Shown: piece after piece, positions 10,768 through 20,036 of the stretch | How positions within the stretch are numbered: position 1 is the first letter of the stretch | Layout: the number at the start of each line of letters is the position of its first letter | From: Deltaproteobacteria bacterium | GTDB lineage: Bacteria; Desulfobacterota; Desulfobaccia; Desulfobaccales; 0-14-0-80-60-11 | Direction: 5' to 3' | Length of the DNA: 47,623 nucleotides | Assembly: GCA_016208235.1 (NCBI GenBank) | Contig: JACQYN010000021.1 | Span: forward strand, 1-47,623 | Made by a program: the position numbers and the translations under genes | The notes under the pieces: model-generated | The model's input: the letters and a program-made list of their open reading frames with translations, nothing else | Databases searched by the model: none | Told to the model about the DNA's origin: nothing

Positions 10768-10778
10768 AATCTTTCAGT

Positions 10779-10982
10779 TTACTCCCGGGAGGGTAACCGG
10801 CTAAAGGCATAAAGGCCGGCAATGGCCAAGATCCAGACTAGATGGATGTATAAAACCAGACCCGGTATCCCTCCCAGCGAAGCCTCGCGGTTAAAAATTT
10901 GCATCAAAGGAGGGTTCAGAAGGAGAAAGACAAAGATTCCTAACAATGCCCAAAGCTTGCGCTTCTTAGTCCCGGCAGGCAT
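10779..10982 (-). CDS. Small two-TM protein upstream of the SLC5 kinase (CbrX/DUF3311-like)
   Basis: 67 aa, two hydrophobic helices, NPPLMQIFN...GGIPGLVLYIHLVW, AGGAG RBS, ends 11 bp before the kinase start. Confidence 0.75.
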   Translation of the reverse strand: MPAGTKKRKLWALLGIFVFLLLNPPLMQIFNREASLGGIPGLVLYIHLVWILAIAGLYAFSRLPSRE

Positions 10983-11053
10983 AATTTTACTCCTCGGGAT
11001 CCCCCTGAGTCATATGGGAGCATCCTTGTATATATTATTAACCATATAATGCC

Positions 11054-11167
11054 TTGAAACAAGAAGTCATTCTGCTCATTGAGCAACACCAGGGAGAAAT
11101 CAGCATTGACCGCAGAATCGGACAGGGTATCACCTACCTCCTCCGCCTGCCCCTGAGTTCCACCTGA
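11054..11167 (+). pseudogene. Remnant of a histidine-kinase HATPase C-terminus
   Basis: Hand translation LKQEVILLIEQHQGEISIDRRIGQGITYLLRLPLSST*; in-frame TAA at 11039-11041 just upstream. Confidence 0.6.
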
Positions 11168-11549
11168 CCCCCCGCAGAGCGGCTTCTGTTCACGGAAAAT
11201 CCCTGGATTTGCCTTTCTCCGAAATTTTAATGGGACCTGGACAACAGCCGATAAGAAATTAGGAGCAATTCCTAGGTTAAGACCCACCGGCGTATTCAGC
11301 CCGGGCCCATACTTCTTCCCTGGAGGCTGTCCAAGTCAATGGCAAGGTGACGCCCCTTTCTTTCCAGAATCCTGAAGAAGTGGAGAGGCCCGGATGTCTA
11401 GATATCATCAACCAACGGCTTGGGGTTGGAAATCATGGGAGTCCACAGATTAAGGGCTATGCCAGGGGGATTACCGGATTATCTCCCCTTGGTCTGGAAG
11501 GCGCCCCCCAGGGGTTCCCGGCCATCCCCCGGGAAGGGGTTCTGCTGCC

Positions 11550-12209
11550 ATGGGCTGGCCTGATGCCCCCCTTTCCATTTTGGTCGCTGAAGATGATGAG
11601 ACCCTATCCGCAGCCTTGGCGGAGTTTCTCAGGGGGAAGGGCCACCGGGTGGACCTGGCTCCCCACGGCGGCGAAGCCCTGGTTTTATTGGAGAAACAGG
11701 CTTATCCCCTGATCATCACCGATCTGGTGATGCCCGAAGCTGACGGTCTGACGGTGCTCAGGGCCGCCCGCCAGCGGGACCCGGCCACCCTGGTGGTGAT
11801 TATGACCGGCTACGCTTCATTAGACAGCGCCGTTGGCGCCATCCGGGAAGGGGCTTATGATTATCTGTGCAAGCCTTTCAAATTGCAGGAAATTGAGATT
11901 GCCGTGACTAACGCCACCCGGCTCATCCATCTGCGACGGGAGAATCAAAGATTACTCCATAAACTCGACGATTTGACCGCCAAGCTGAGGGAAGTGCAGG
12001 AATTGCCTCAGCTTCTCGGGGGGGAAGCACGCCCCGGAACGCACTCCCGGACGCTGTGGTCCCCCGGCCCCGTCCCTTTGAAGGATTATTCCCCCGAGGA
12101 ACAACACCAGCAGTATTTGGGGGACTTGGAGCGGCTCCGGGATCTGTATCGAGAAAATATGTTGACCAAAGAAGAGTACCAAAAGATCAAAGAACGGCTC
12201 CTTATTTAA
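11550..12209 (+). CDS. Response regulator receiver with coiled coil and C-terminal SHOCT-like tail
   Basis: VAEDD, ITDLVMP, MTGY, KPF; tail LERLRDLYRENMLTKEEYQKIKERLL. Confidence 0.85.
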   Translation: MGWPDAPLSILVAEDDETLSAALAEFLRGKGHRVDLAPHGGEALVLLEKQAYPLIITDLVMPEADGLTVLRAARQRDPATLVVIMTGYASLDSAVGAIREGAYDYLCKPFKLQEIEIAVTNATRLIHLRRENQRLLHKLDDLTAKLREVQELPQLLGGEARPGTHSRTLWSPGPVPLKDYSPEEQHQQYLGDLERLRDLYRENMLTKEEYQKIKERLLI

Positions 12210-12230
12210 AATGCGTATAGGTTAGCCATC

Positions 12231-13502
12231 GTGTCGAGTCAACCTAAATCCCCCCTGGCCTTCAACCCGCGGAAATCCGCCCCCAAGGCCGAATCCTTCC
12301 AAATGGCTTTGCCGGGAGGGAATTTTACCTTGACTCTCACCTTGGAGCCCCTGGCTCAGTCCGACCCCCAGCCTCCCGAACTGATTAGCTTGAACGATTT
12401 GTCTGATCTCTTCTCCAGTCTCCTGGATTCCCTTTCGCCGGACCAACGCCAGGGCCTCAATCTTTCGCCGCCGCCCACGTCGATGCAGGAGAATCCCGCA
12501 GGATTATTTTATTGGGCCAATTCCATTATGCAGCGCCTGGGCCGGGTCAATAGCGGTGAAGATTTCTACATGCAACTCCTCAGGCTGGTGGTCAAAATCA
12601 CCAAAGTCCGCCAGGCCGCGTTTTTCGGGAAAAACGGGAATGGGCGTCTGCGCCTCCTGGCCAGCCTGGATCGCCAGAACCTGCCCCATGGTTATTTGGA
12701 AGCCGCCAAGGAAGTGGTCCAAAACGGCGCTCCCCTTCTCTTTACCCCCCGGGGCCAGGAGAAATCCCCGCCGATCCTGGCGGTGCCCTTAGCCCAGGAG
12801 GGTAGTCTTAGCGGCGTGTTACTGCTCGGCGACCGCCCGGATAGGCCCCTGGACCGGGATGATCTCAACCTGGTGACCATGCTGGCCGAAAACCCCTCAC
12901 TGGTTTCCGATAACCTGGCCCTTCACGAAAAAAACACCATTTCCCTTCTGGAATCCATTAAAGCCCTGGTGCGAAGCCTGGAAGCCCGGGATCCTTATAC
13001 CGGCCAGCATTCCTCCAGGGTCACCGAGATCGTCTCCCACTTCGGGCGCCACCTGGGAATGCCCCCCGTAGAACTGGAATTATTGAAGACCGCCAGCTAC
13101 CTCCACGACATCGGCAAAGTGGGGATCAGCGATTTCATCCTGTTAAAACCCGGGCCCCTGACCCCGGAGGAACGGGGGATCATCGAAACCCATCCCCTGA
13201 TCGGAGGCAAAATTGTGGAGCCGCTGGGACTGCGGACCCAGGAAAAGGACGTCATCCTCTACCACCACGAGCGCTGGGATGGCCGCGGTTATCCCCGGGG
13301 CCTGGCAGGGAAGGAAATTCCCTTTGTCTGCCGCCTTCTGACCCTGGCGGACGTCTATGACGCCCTCACCACCGACCGCCCCTACCGGCGCCGCTGCAGC
13401 ATTCCCGAAGCCCTGACCGAGATCCGCGCCCATGCCGGCACCCAGTTCGATCCGGAACTGACCCTGGAATTCGTGGACATGCTCTCCACCCAAACCGCCT
13501 GA
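12231..13502 (+). CDS. GAF plus HD-GYP phosphodiesterase (cyclic dinucleotide, probably c-di-GMP)
   Basis: EARDPYTGQHS.RV, LHDIGK, HHERWDGRGYP, ADVYDALTTDRPYR, GTQFDP. Confidence 0.9.
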   Translation: MSSQPKSPLAFNPRKSAPKAESFQMALPGGNFTLTLTLEPLAQSDPQPPELISLNDLSDLFSSLLDSLSPDQRQGLNLSPPPTSMQENPAGLFYWANSIMQRLGRVNSGEDFYMQLLRLVVKITKVRQAAFFGKNGNGRLRLLASLDRQNLPHGYLEAAKEVVQNGAPLLFTPRGQEKSPPILAVPLAQEGSLSGVLLLGDRPDRPLDRDDLNLVTMLAENPSLVSDNLALHEKNTISLLESIKALVRSLEARDPYTGQHSSRVTEIVSHFGRHLGMPPVELELLKTASYLHDIGKVGISDFILLKPGPLTPEERGIIETHPLIGGKIVEPLGLRTQEKDVILYHHERWDGRGYPRGLAGKEIPFVCRLLTLADVYDALTTDRPYRRRCSIPEALTEIRAHAGTQFDPELTLEFVDMLSTQTA

Positions 13503-13667
13503 CCATAACTTTTTCTGATAAGTCCCAACCACATGGCAATTTTTGGGGGCAATCAGTAAGATTTGATGGTAAAATCCGTTCAAAGGTAGCTCAGGATTAC
13601 CCGGGTCTGGACCTGCAAATTTTCACTTACCCCGTCACTCGCCAGGGAGCGGAAAAAGAGAACTCGC

Positions 13668-14471
13668 GTGACTTCCGGTAAACCTCTCTCCCCAGAGCAG
13701 ATGCTGGAGCGCTGCTGCCAAGAAATGGTGCGCTTTTACCGCCACTCTGCCACGGGCCGCCGCTGCACCGGCATCGTTCACAATATGAACACTCCCCTCC
13801 AGGTCCTTTCTTTCCATCTGGAACTCCTGGAGCAAAAATCCCGGGAAGAACTTGATTGCCTGAAAGGATGCCCCCCGGAGATCTCGGAAAAGCTGTACTC
13901 CTTATACCAATACCGCCAGGATAAACTGCGGCAGTTTTATCAAGAGGTGGAAAGCCTTCGCCTCCAAGCCCGCCGCATTGTCACCCAGGGGGTTCATGAG
14001 GAGAGCCAGGAAAGGCATCATCTGGACCTCAACCAGGTCTTTCAAGAGGAACTGGAGCTGTACCGGGCCCATTCCTTTTTTAAGCACCAGGTGGAAAAGG
14101 ACTTTCGTTTTGCGGAAGGCCTGCCCCCGATTCACGGCCACTATATCGATTTCAGCCAGACCTTTCGCAACCTGGTGGATAATGCCCTGGAGGCCATGGA
14201 AGGAGCGGAGGTCCGGAAATTGACGGTGGAAACCGCGGTGGAGAAGGGTCACCTCTTCCTCCGGGTGGGCGATACGGGCGCGGGGGTTCCGCCGGAGATC
14301 AAACCCTGGCTCTTTGAGCCTTTTACCACCTCCAAGGCCCACCATAACCCGCCCCATGCCGGCCTGGGCCTCTTTATGGCCCGGCGCCTCTTGGCCCCCT
14401 ACCAGGGACGGATCCAGGTGGAAAGCAAACCGGGGAAGACCTGGGTCACCGTGATCCTGCCTCTGGGTTAA
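13668..14471 (+). CDS. Soluble histidine kinase (HisKA plus HATPase, no sensor domain)
   Basis: GIVHNMNTPL, NLVDNALEA, DTGAGV, FEPFTTSK, AGLGL. Confidence 0.85.
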   Translation: MTSGKPLSPEQMLERCCQEMVRFYRHSATGRRCTGIVHNMNTPLQVLSFHLELLEQKSREELDCLKGCPPEISEKLYSLYQYRQDKLRQFYQEVESLRLQARRIVTQGVHEESQERHHLDLNQVFQEELELYRAHSFFKHQVEKDFRFAEGLPPIHGHYIDFSQTFRNLVDNALEAMEGAEVRKLTVETAVEKGHLFLRVGDTGAGVPPEIKPWLFEPFTTSKAHHNPPHAGLGLFMARRLLAPYQGRIQVESKPGKTWVTVILPLG

Positions 14472-14472
14472 G

Positions 14473-14679
14473 TACGGTTTTCAGTTTTCGGTGAAAAGAT
14501 TTTTAGGCTTTTCGCGAATTGGGAATGATTTGAAAGAAAGACAATCTGGTGGGACGGGCCTCTGTGCCCGCCTTAAACTTGCCTTGCCGCCACAACTTTT
14601 ATTATTTCCCCCAAACTCTCTTATAGTTTATTGACAATCCTCATTCTTCTTAACCGAAAACCGAAAACTGAAAACCGTA
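14473..14679. repeat. Spacer bounded by a perfect 20-bp inverted repeat made of CGGTTTT/CAGTTTT heptamers, with an internal REP-like hairpin (14549-14572)
   Basis: tacggttttcagttttcggt (14473-14492) is the exact reverse complement of accgaaaactgaaaaccgta (14660-14679); internal gtgggacgggcctctgtgcccgcc. Confidence 0.85.
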
Positions 14680-15852
14680 TTACGGGCGGTCCAGATTAGC
14701 GGATTGCAAAAAGACCTCCGCGGCCCTTCCGGCCTGGAAGTACCGGGCGATTTCTTTCATCCGGGCCATCCTTTCCAGGGACGCGGGGTGGGAATCCAGG
14801 AAGGAGGCCCGGTAAAAGGGGTCCTTTTCCACTGCCGCGGCCAGCCGTTCCATGACCGCCAACGCCCCCTCCACATCATAGCCCGCCTGAAAGGCATACC
14901 ACATCCCGTAAGCATCGGCCTCCCGCTCATCTCCCCGGGAAAAGGCGCTCACCGTGGCCTGGGGAATCTCCCGGAGCAGATCTCGATCAAAAACGGGGAG
15001 GTACCATAACTTTAGAAGATAACCCAGAGTATAGGTGATAAAGGCCGAGACTGTGTCTACGGCCAAGGTCAGTTGGCGTTGGCCGGCCCGGCGCAACCGG
15101 TGCCCCAGGACCTGGTGGGCCAGTTCATGGCCGATGACCAGGGCCAGCTCATCATCGGTACGGCAAAAATTGACGTAGCGCCGGGAGAGAATGATCCTCC
15201 CGGGCGCGGCCCAGGCGTTGATTTCATTGGCAATCCGGGGGTGGGTGGCCACCAGGATGGCGTATTCCCCGGGCAGATGCTGGGGATAAAGGGTTACCGT
15301 GCGTTTTTCTTCTTCCCGCTGGACCAAAAGCTCCACCGGGCCGCTGAGATATTGCTCCCGGAGGTCCATGCGCACGTATTTAACCGCCAATAACAGAGAC
15401 ACCAATAGTTCTCCGGGGATGCTGCCGCCGCACACCGCCCGGGTGGTTTGCAGATACCTGTCCCCCTCCGCCATCCAGGGATATAGGGGCCAGTTGTGCG
15501 CGGCCAGGATCACGTCTCCGGGCTTGAGGCCCGCGTCCTGGGCGGGAGAAGGACGCCAGACCTGGTCGATAACGACTTGGTCCCGGGCGGTGACCCACCA
15601 ATTGAAGCCCAGGAAGGGATAGGTGCGGCCGTGGACTTGGGGGACCTTGCCCAACAGCCGCAGAAAGACCCGGGAGGTGCGTTCCAAAGCCCAGGATTGG
15701 GGAGGATGGCGCCGGCTGGCAGCAAGCTGCAAGTCCTCTTGCTCGCCCGCGGTGGGGTGGGGACCGGTCACCTCCGCACAACCTGCCAGCAGCAGGAGGG
15801 TAAGTAAGATCCGGATCAGCCTCCCAGGTTTTATGGCAATTTCCCTTTCCAA
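14680..15852 (-). CDS. M48-family Zn metallopeptidase lipoprotein with PDZ-like domain
   Basis: Lipobox LAGC; PDZ-like SPAQDAGLKPGDVIL; INAWAAPG, GHELAH (HExxH), EREADAYG, SHP. The true start is uncertain. Confidence 0.85.
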   Translation of the reverse strand: MEREIAIKPGRLIRILLTLLLLAGCAEVTGPHPTAGEQEDLQLAASRRHPPQSWALERTSRVFLRLLGKVPQVHGRTYPFLGFNWWVTARDQVVIDQVWRPSPAQDAGLKPGDVILAAHNWPLYPWMAEGDRYLQTTRAVCGGSIPGELLVSLLLAVKYVRMDLREQYLSGPVELLVQREEEKRTVTLYPQHLPGEYAILVATHPRIANEINAWAAPGRIILSRRYVNFCRTDDELALVIGHELAHQVLGHRLRRAGQRQLTLAVDTVSAFITYTLGYLLKLWYLPVFDRDLLREIPQATVSAFSRGDEREADAYGMWYAFQAGYDVEGALAVMERLAAAVEKDPFYRASFLDSHPASLERMARMKEIARYFQAGRAAEVFLQSANLDRP

Positions 15853-15888
15853 GGCTGCAACCTATGTTGCCGACCTACAGATTTTTCT

Positions 15889-15949
15889 GTAGGGGCGAAC
15901 CTTGTGTTCGCCCCCGCCATTTAAGGGCGAACACAAGGTTCGCCCCTAC
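15889..15949. repeat. REP doublet (REPIN-like): GTAG-led palindrome in perfect inverted pair
   Basis: gtaggggcgaaccttgtgttcgccc (15889-15913) and gggcgaacacaaggttcgcccctac (15925-15949); another REP-like unit at 15986-16006. Confidence 0.9.
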
Positions 15950-16045
15950 ATTTTCTTAGTTTTTATTGTTACTTGGCAGATTGATGGTGCATAAAACGCA
16001 CCTTACGAAAACCCCCTTCTTTTAACCGAAAACCGAAAACCGTCT

Positions 16046-19000
16046 TTAAAAGGCGTAACGGAAAGATAGTCCCACCGTCAGCAGGCGATAGTTGTCCACC
16101 CATTCCCGGAAATAAAAGACGTAGGGATCGAGGAAGAAGTTATGGACCGGTTCCCATTCCAAGGGCCGGGCCCCAATCGCCGTGCTGTCCCACTCCCTGC
16201 ACCGTGCCCTGGAGGATCAGGGTGGGCAGCCGGAAGAACTGGCGGTGAAAATTCAGACCCAGACCCAGGGCCAGGTACTGCCCGGGGCTGAAGTAGGCCT
16301 CCCGGCGGGTTTGATAGGCCGCCAGGTAAAAGTGGGGGTTAAATTCCAACTGCATGCGGGGCTGCCGCAGGGCCTGCCAGGAGAGGCCCTGATAGACGGT
16401 GAGACGGCGGTTCTGATCCGAAAAGAGGGCCCCGCCCAGGTTGCCCTGCCAATCCAGCCCCGGGCGGAATTGGTGGTTATAGGCCAGATCCACCTGGTGC
16501 ACCCCGGTTATCTGGGCCTTTTCCAGATTCTGCACTCCCTGGTAAAGACGGGGATAGATATGGGGGTCCTGGTCAAAGATGTCCCGGCGGCTGTAGGTCA
16601 AGGTGGCTTCGGTGCGGGAGCCCAGGGACGCGGCTGCGGCCAGGGACCCGAAGAGACGGTTCCGGTGTTCCTTGTGGGTGGAACTCAGGTTGAGGCCTTC
16701 GGGAAAATCGGGGTTTATGCCGGGTACCGCTCGCCGGTCATGATCAACCCGCTTCCAGTAGCGCCGGCCGATAATCTCCCCGCTGAGCCGCAGCCGGTCC
16801 CCCACTGAGAGCGGCCCCAGCCCCAGGGCCACCTCGCCCCGGCGCAGGCGGCTGGCCACCTGTTCCGGCAATTCGGTTCTCTCGCGGGAAATCCGGGCAC
16901 CGGGGTTGGTGGTGTTTTGATTGTATTCCCGGTATTCCACCGCCAATTGCACAGGCAGGACCTTGGTGATCCAGAAACCGCCCGCAAGACGGAAGATGCC
17001 GCCATAGAGCTTGTTGCTGTCCGTGAACCCCAGGGCTTCCGGGAGGACCAGGATTTTGCCCTCCAGGGGCAACTGCATCAGGGAAGCCAGGGAACGGCCC
17101 AAATATTCCCGGTCGTAGCGGGAAAATATAAGCCCGGGCCCAATCCCCCCGGCTCCGGTCCCGCCGGGCCCGGGCGATCCGGGCCGCCTGGGAATCCGGC
17201 TGGCTCCGGATGATTCCCTCATAAACCCCGGCGGCCCTCTTATCCCCCATGCCCTCCAGGACCCGGGCCTGTTCCATGAGCAGCTCTTCCCGGGGCACGC
17301 GGCCGGAAAGCTTCTCCAGGGTCTTCAGAGCTTCTTTGTAGTTCCGCTCCAGCCGGTTGGCTTGGGCCGCCAGGAGCAGGGCCTGGGGATAACAGGGATG
17401 TCCCTCCGGGATTTTTCGGGTGGCCGCCTTGACCCCTTCATATTGCCCCTGCTGCAAATAGAGGCGGGCGACGGCCAAGGCCGCGGCCGGATCATTTCCT
17501 TGTTTTTGCAGGGTCTTGAGGACCTCGCTCCAATCCTGGCGCCTCATTTGGCAATTGAGCTTCAGGGCGGCGATCCGCTGATCTCCAGGCCTGAGGGCCA
17601 AGGCCCGGTCATAATAATGGGTAGCGGCCAGGGAATCCCCCAGTTCCCGGGCCAGCTCCGCCAGGGCCAGGAGTTCTCCGGGACTGTCCGGCCAGCGGTG
17701 GTGGCGGTATTCCTTTAAGACGTGGAGGAGATAATCCAGTTTCCCCCCCTGGCGGCCCAGGTTGCCGTCGAAAAAGGCCAAAGCCGCGACATACTCCGGG
17801 CCGTCGGCCCGGATGCCGGGGATGCGCCGAACCATGCGGGACAGGTCCTCATAGCGGGGCAAACGAGGTAGAAGATAGCTGAGAATGAGGAGAGAAGGGT
17901 GATGATAGCGGTTTTTTCGCAAGTTAAGGATTACCAGATCACAGGCGGTGCGAATGATCTCCCCGTTTTTCTCCAAATCCGGGTGGCGGCACAAAACCCG
18001 GGCCACCCAGGCCCGTTCTTCCAGGTCCAAGGCGGTCGGGGGCGGCCCTTCCTGGAGCCAGCTGCGGGCCTCCGCCCAATCCCGGGCCAGGCGGTGTTTT
18101 CCGGGAAATTGGGAGCAGAAGAGGCGCAGGGCCCAGCGCTGGGCCTCCGGCCAATCCCGGTGCGCCAGTGTTGCTTCAATATGGGCCGTCAACAGGACCC
18201 GGTCTCCCGGCTGGTCCAGGCGCACCCCGGCCTGGCCCACCCTTAAGGCCCGTAGAACCTCCAGGGCTTCCGGGGCCCGGCCCAGGTAGACCAAGACCCG
18301 AGCCATCTCCAGGGAGGCCTCCCGGTGGCGGGGCTCTTTTTGGAGAAAGGCCTGATAATGCCCCAACGCGGCCTCCAGGTCCCCCAGCCACAGACAGAGC
18401 CGGGCCTGCTCCCGGAGGAACTGGGGCTCCTGGGCCCGAGGGCAGTCTTTGAGTTCCCGGGCCGCGTCTTGCCAGCGGCGGTTGCTAAGGAGGAGGGCGA
18501 CGCGCTTGAGGCGCAGGGCCAGGCTGTCCCGGCGTTTCAGGATCGCCCCGTATTGGGACAGGGCCTTCTCCCTGGTCTCCGGCCGGAAGGAGAGAACCTC
18601 GGCCAACTGTTCTTGCACCGCCTCATCATCGGGTTTCTCCTTAAGATAGGCCGAGAAGTAGTGGGCCGCCCGGGCCCAGTTCTCCTGATAAAGATTGAGC
18701 TGTCCCAGGAAAAGGAGGACCTTGGGGTTCTTGGGGTCCCGGCGATGCAGCGGGCCCAGCGTTTCCAGGGCCTCGCCATAGCGCCGGGCATAGGAATAAG
18801 TCAGGGCCGCTTCCCAGGCCAGATCCCCTTTGAGCAATTGCCGCCGGGAGGCCTCATCCCAGAAGCCCGCGGCCCTGGCAAAATGCCGCTTCTGGGCATA
18901 AAGCCGGGCCAGGTTGACGATGGTTTCCTGGTGAGTGTCTCCGGCCTGCCAGGCGGCTTCATAGACCTTAAGCGATTTCGCGAAATCCCGGACCAGCAGC

Positions 19001-20036
19001 AGTTCCAAGGCATACCAGCGCAGCAACTCCGGCTCCGGTTTGTTCTGCGCCAGGGGACCCAGCACTGCCACGGCCTCCGCGTGATTTCCTTTTTGGGACC
19101 AGAGGCGGGCCAGGGCCAGGGCGTATTCCGGCTTTCCCTGGTAACGCCCGTAAAGCCAGAGGTAATGGCCCAGGGCCTGGTCCACCTGCTGGGCCGCGTC
19201 CGCGGCCTGGGCCGCCTCCCGGCGCAAGGCCGCATCCTCCGCGCCCCGCTCCAGAAGACGCTGATAAACCTGGGCGGCGGCCTGGTAATCCTGCTGCCAG
19301 TAGTGGAGCAGGGCCAGGCGGTGCAGGGCCTCCTGGTTTTCCGGAAACTGCCCGGCTTCCTCCTCCTGGAGGGGCATGGCCTCCTTAAATCTTTCCGCGG
19401 CCACCAGCAGGTCCAGCAATTGGCGGCGCACCAGGGGATCCCGGGTCTCCTGGTAGAGGCGCTGGTAGTAATCGATGGCCGCGGCCTGATCCGCCGCGCC
19501 CCGGGCCGCGAACTCGGCGGCGAACTGGAGGATCTCCCGATCCTGGGGATGTTCCCGGAGATACGCAGCCAACAGGGCCAAAGCCGCGGCCCGGTCTCCC
19601 AGCAGCTCCAGGGCCTGGGCCTGGCCCTTAAGGGCCCCGGTGGCCCGGCCATCTTGGTCCCAAACCCGGCGGAAGACCTCCAGGGCCGCCTGGGGTTGAC
19701 GGGACTCCAGGGGCCCTTAAGGGCCCCGGTGGCCCGGCCATCTTGGTCCCAAACCCGGCGGAAGACCTCCAGGGCCGCCTGGGGTTGACGGGACTCCAGG
19801 CAGAGCCAGCCCAATAAAACACCATACTGGGAATTATCCGGTTCCCGGGTCCAGGCCTTGCGGGCCAGTTCCAGGGCTGGGAGGATTTCTCCCCGCCCGG
19901 ACGCTTCCCGGGCGGCCCGATGGAGGTTGGCAGAAGAACGCCAGAAATCCGCGTCCCGGCGCCAGGCGGACCACAAGATCAGGCCCAGGAAGATTAAGGG
20001 CAGGAACCACGCCAGCCAGCGTCTTTTAACCACCAT
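16046..20036 (-). pseudogene. TPR-repeat plus C-terminal outer-membrane beta-barrel protein (BcsC/PgaA/PelB/NfrA-like architecture), split into four frames here (real pseudogene or assembly error)
   Basis: N-terminal hydrophobic segment from 20036; TPR-like helical repeats (945-aa ORF); beta-strand-rich ORF 16140-17222; true end in another frame LEWEPVHNFFLDPYVFYFREWVDNYRLLTVGLSFRYAF* (stop 16046-16048, terminal Phe). Breaks at 19623-19800, ~17127 and ~16160. Confidence 0.75.
19623..19800. repeat. Exact 89-bp tandem duplication inside the TPR gene
   Basis: 19623-19711 equals 19712-19800; removing one copy restores ...ATGALKGQAQALELLGDRAAALALLAAY... Confidence 0.95.

Noticed and set aside
11347-11712. 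121-aa ORF upstream of the response regulator
   Set aside because: Overlaps the receiver gene out of frame and has no recognisable motif.
19623-19800. Direct repeats (89 bp here, 50 bp at 34960) as a possible CRISPR array or attachment sites
   Set aside because: Only two abutting copies, no spacers, coding-sequence content, and no cas or integrase gene.
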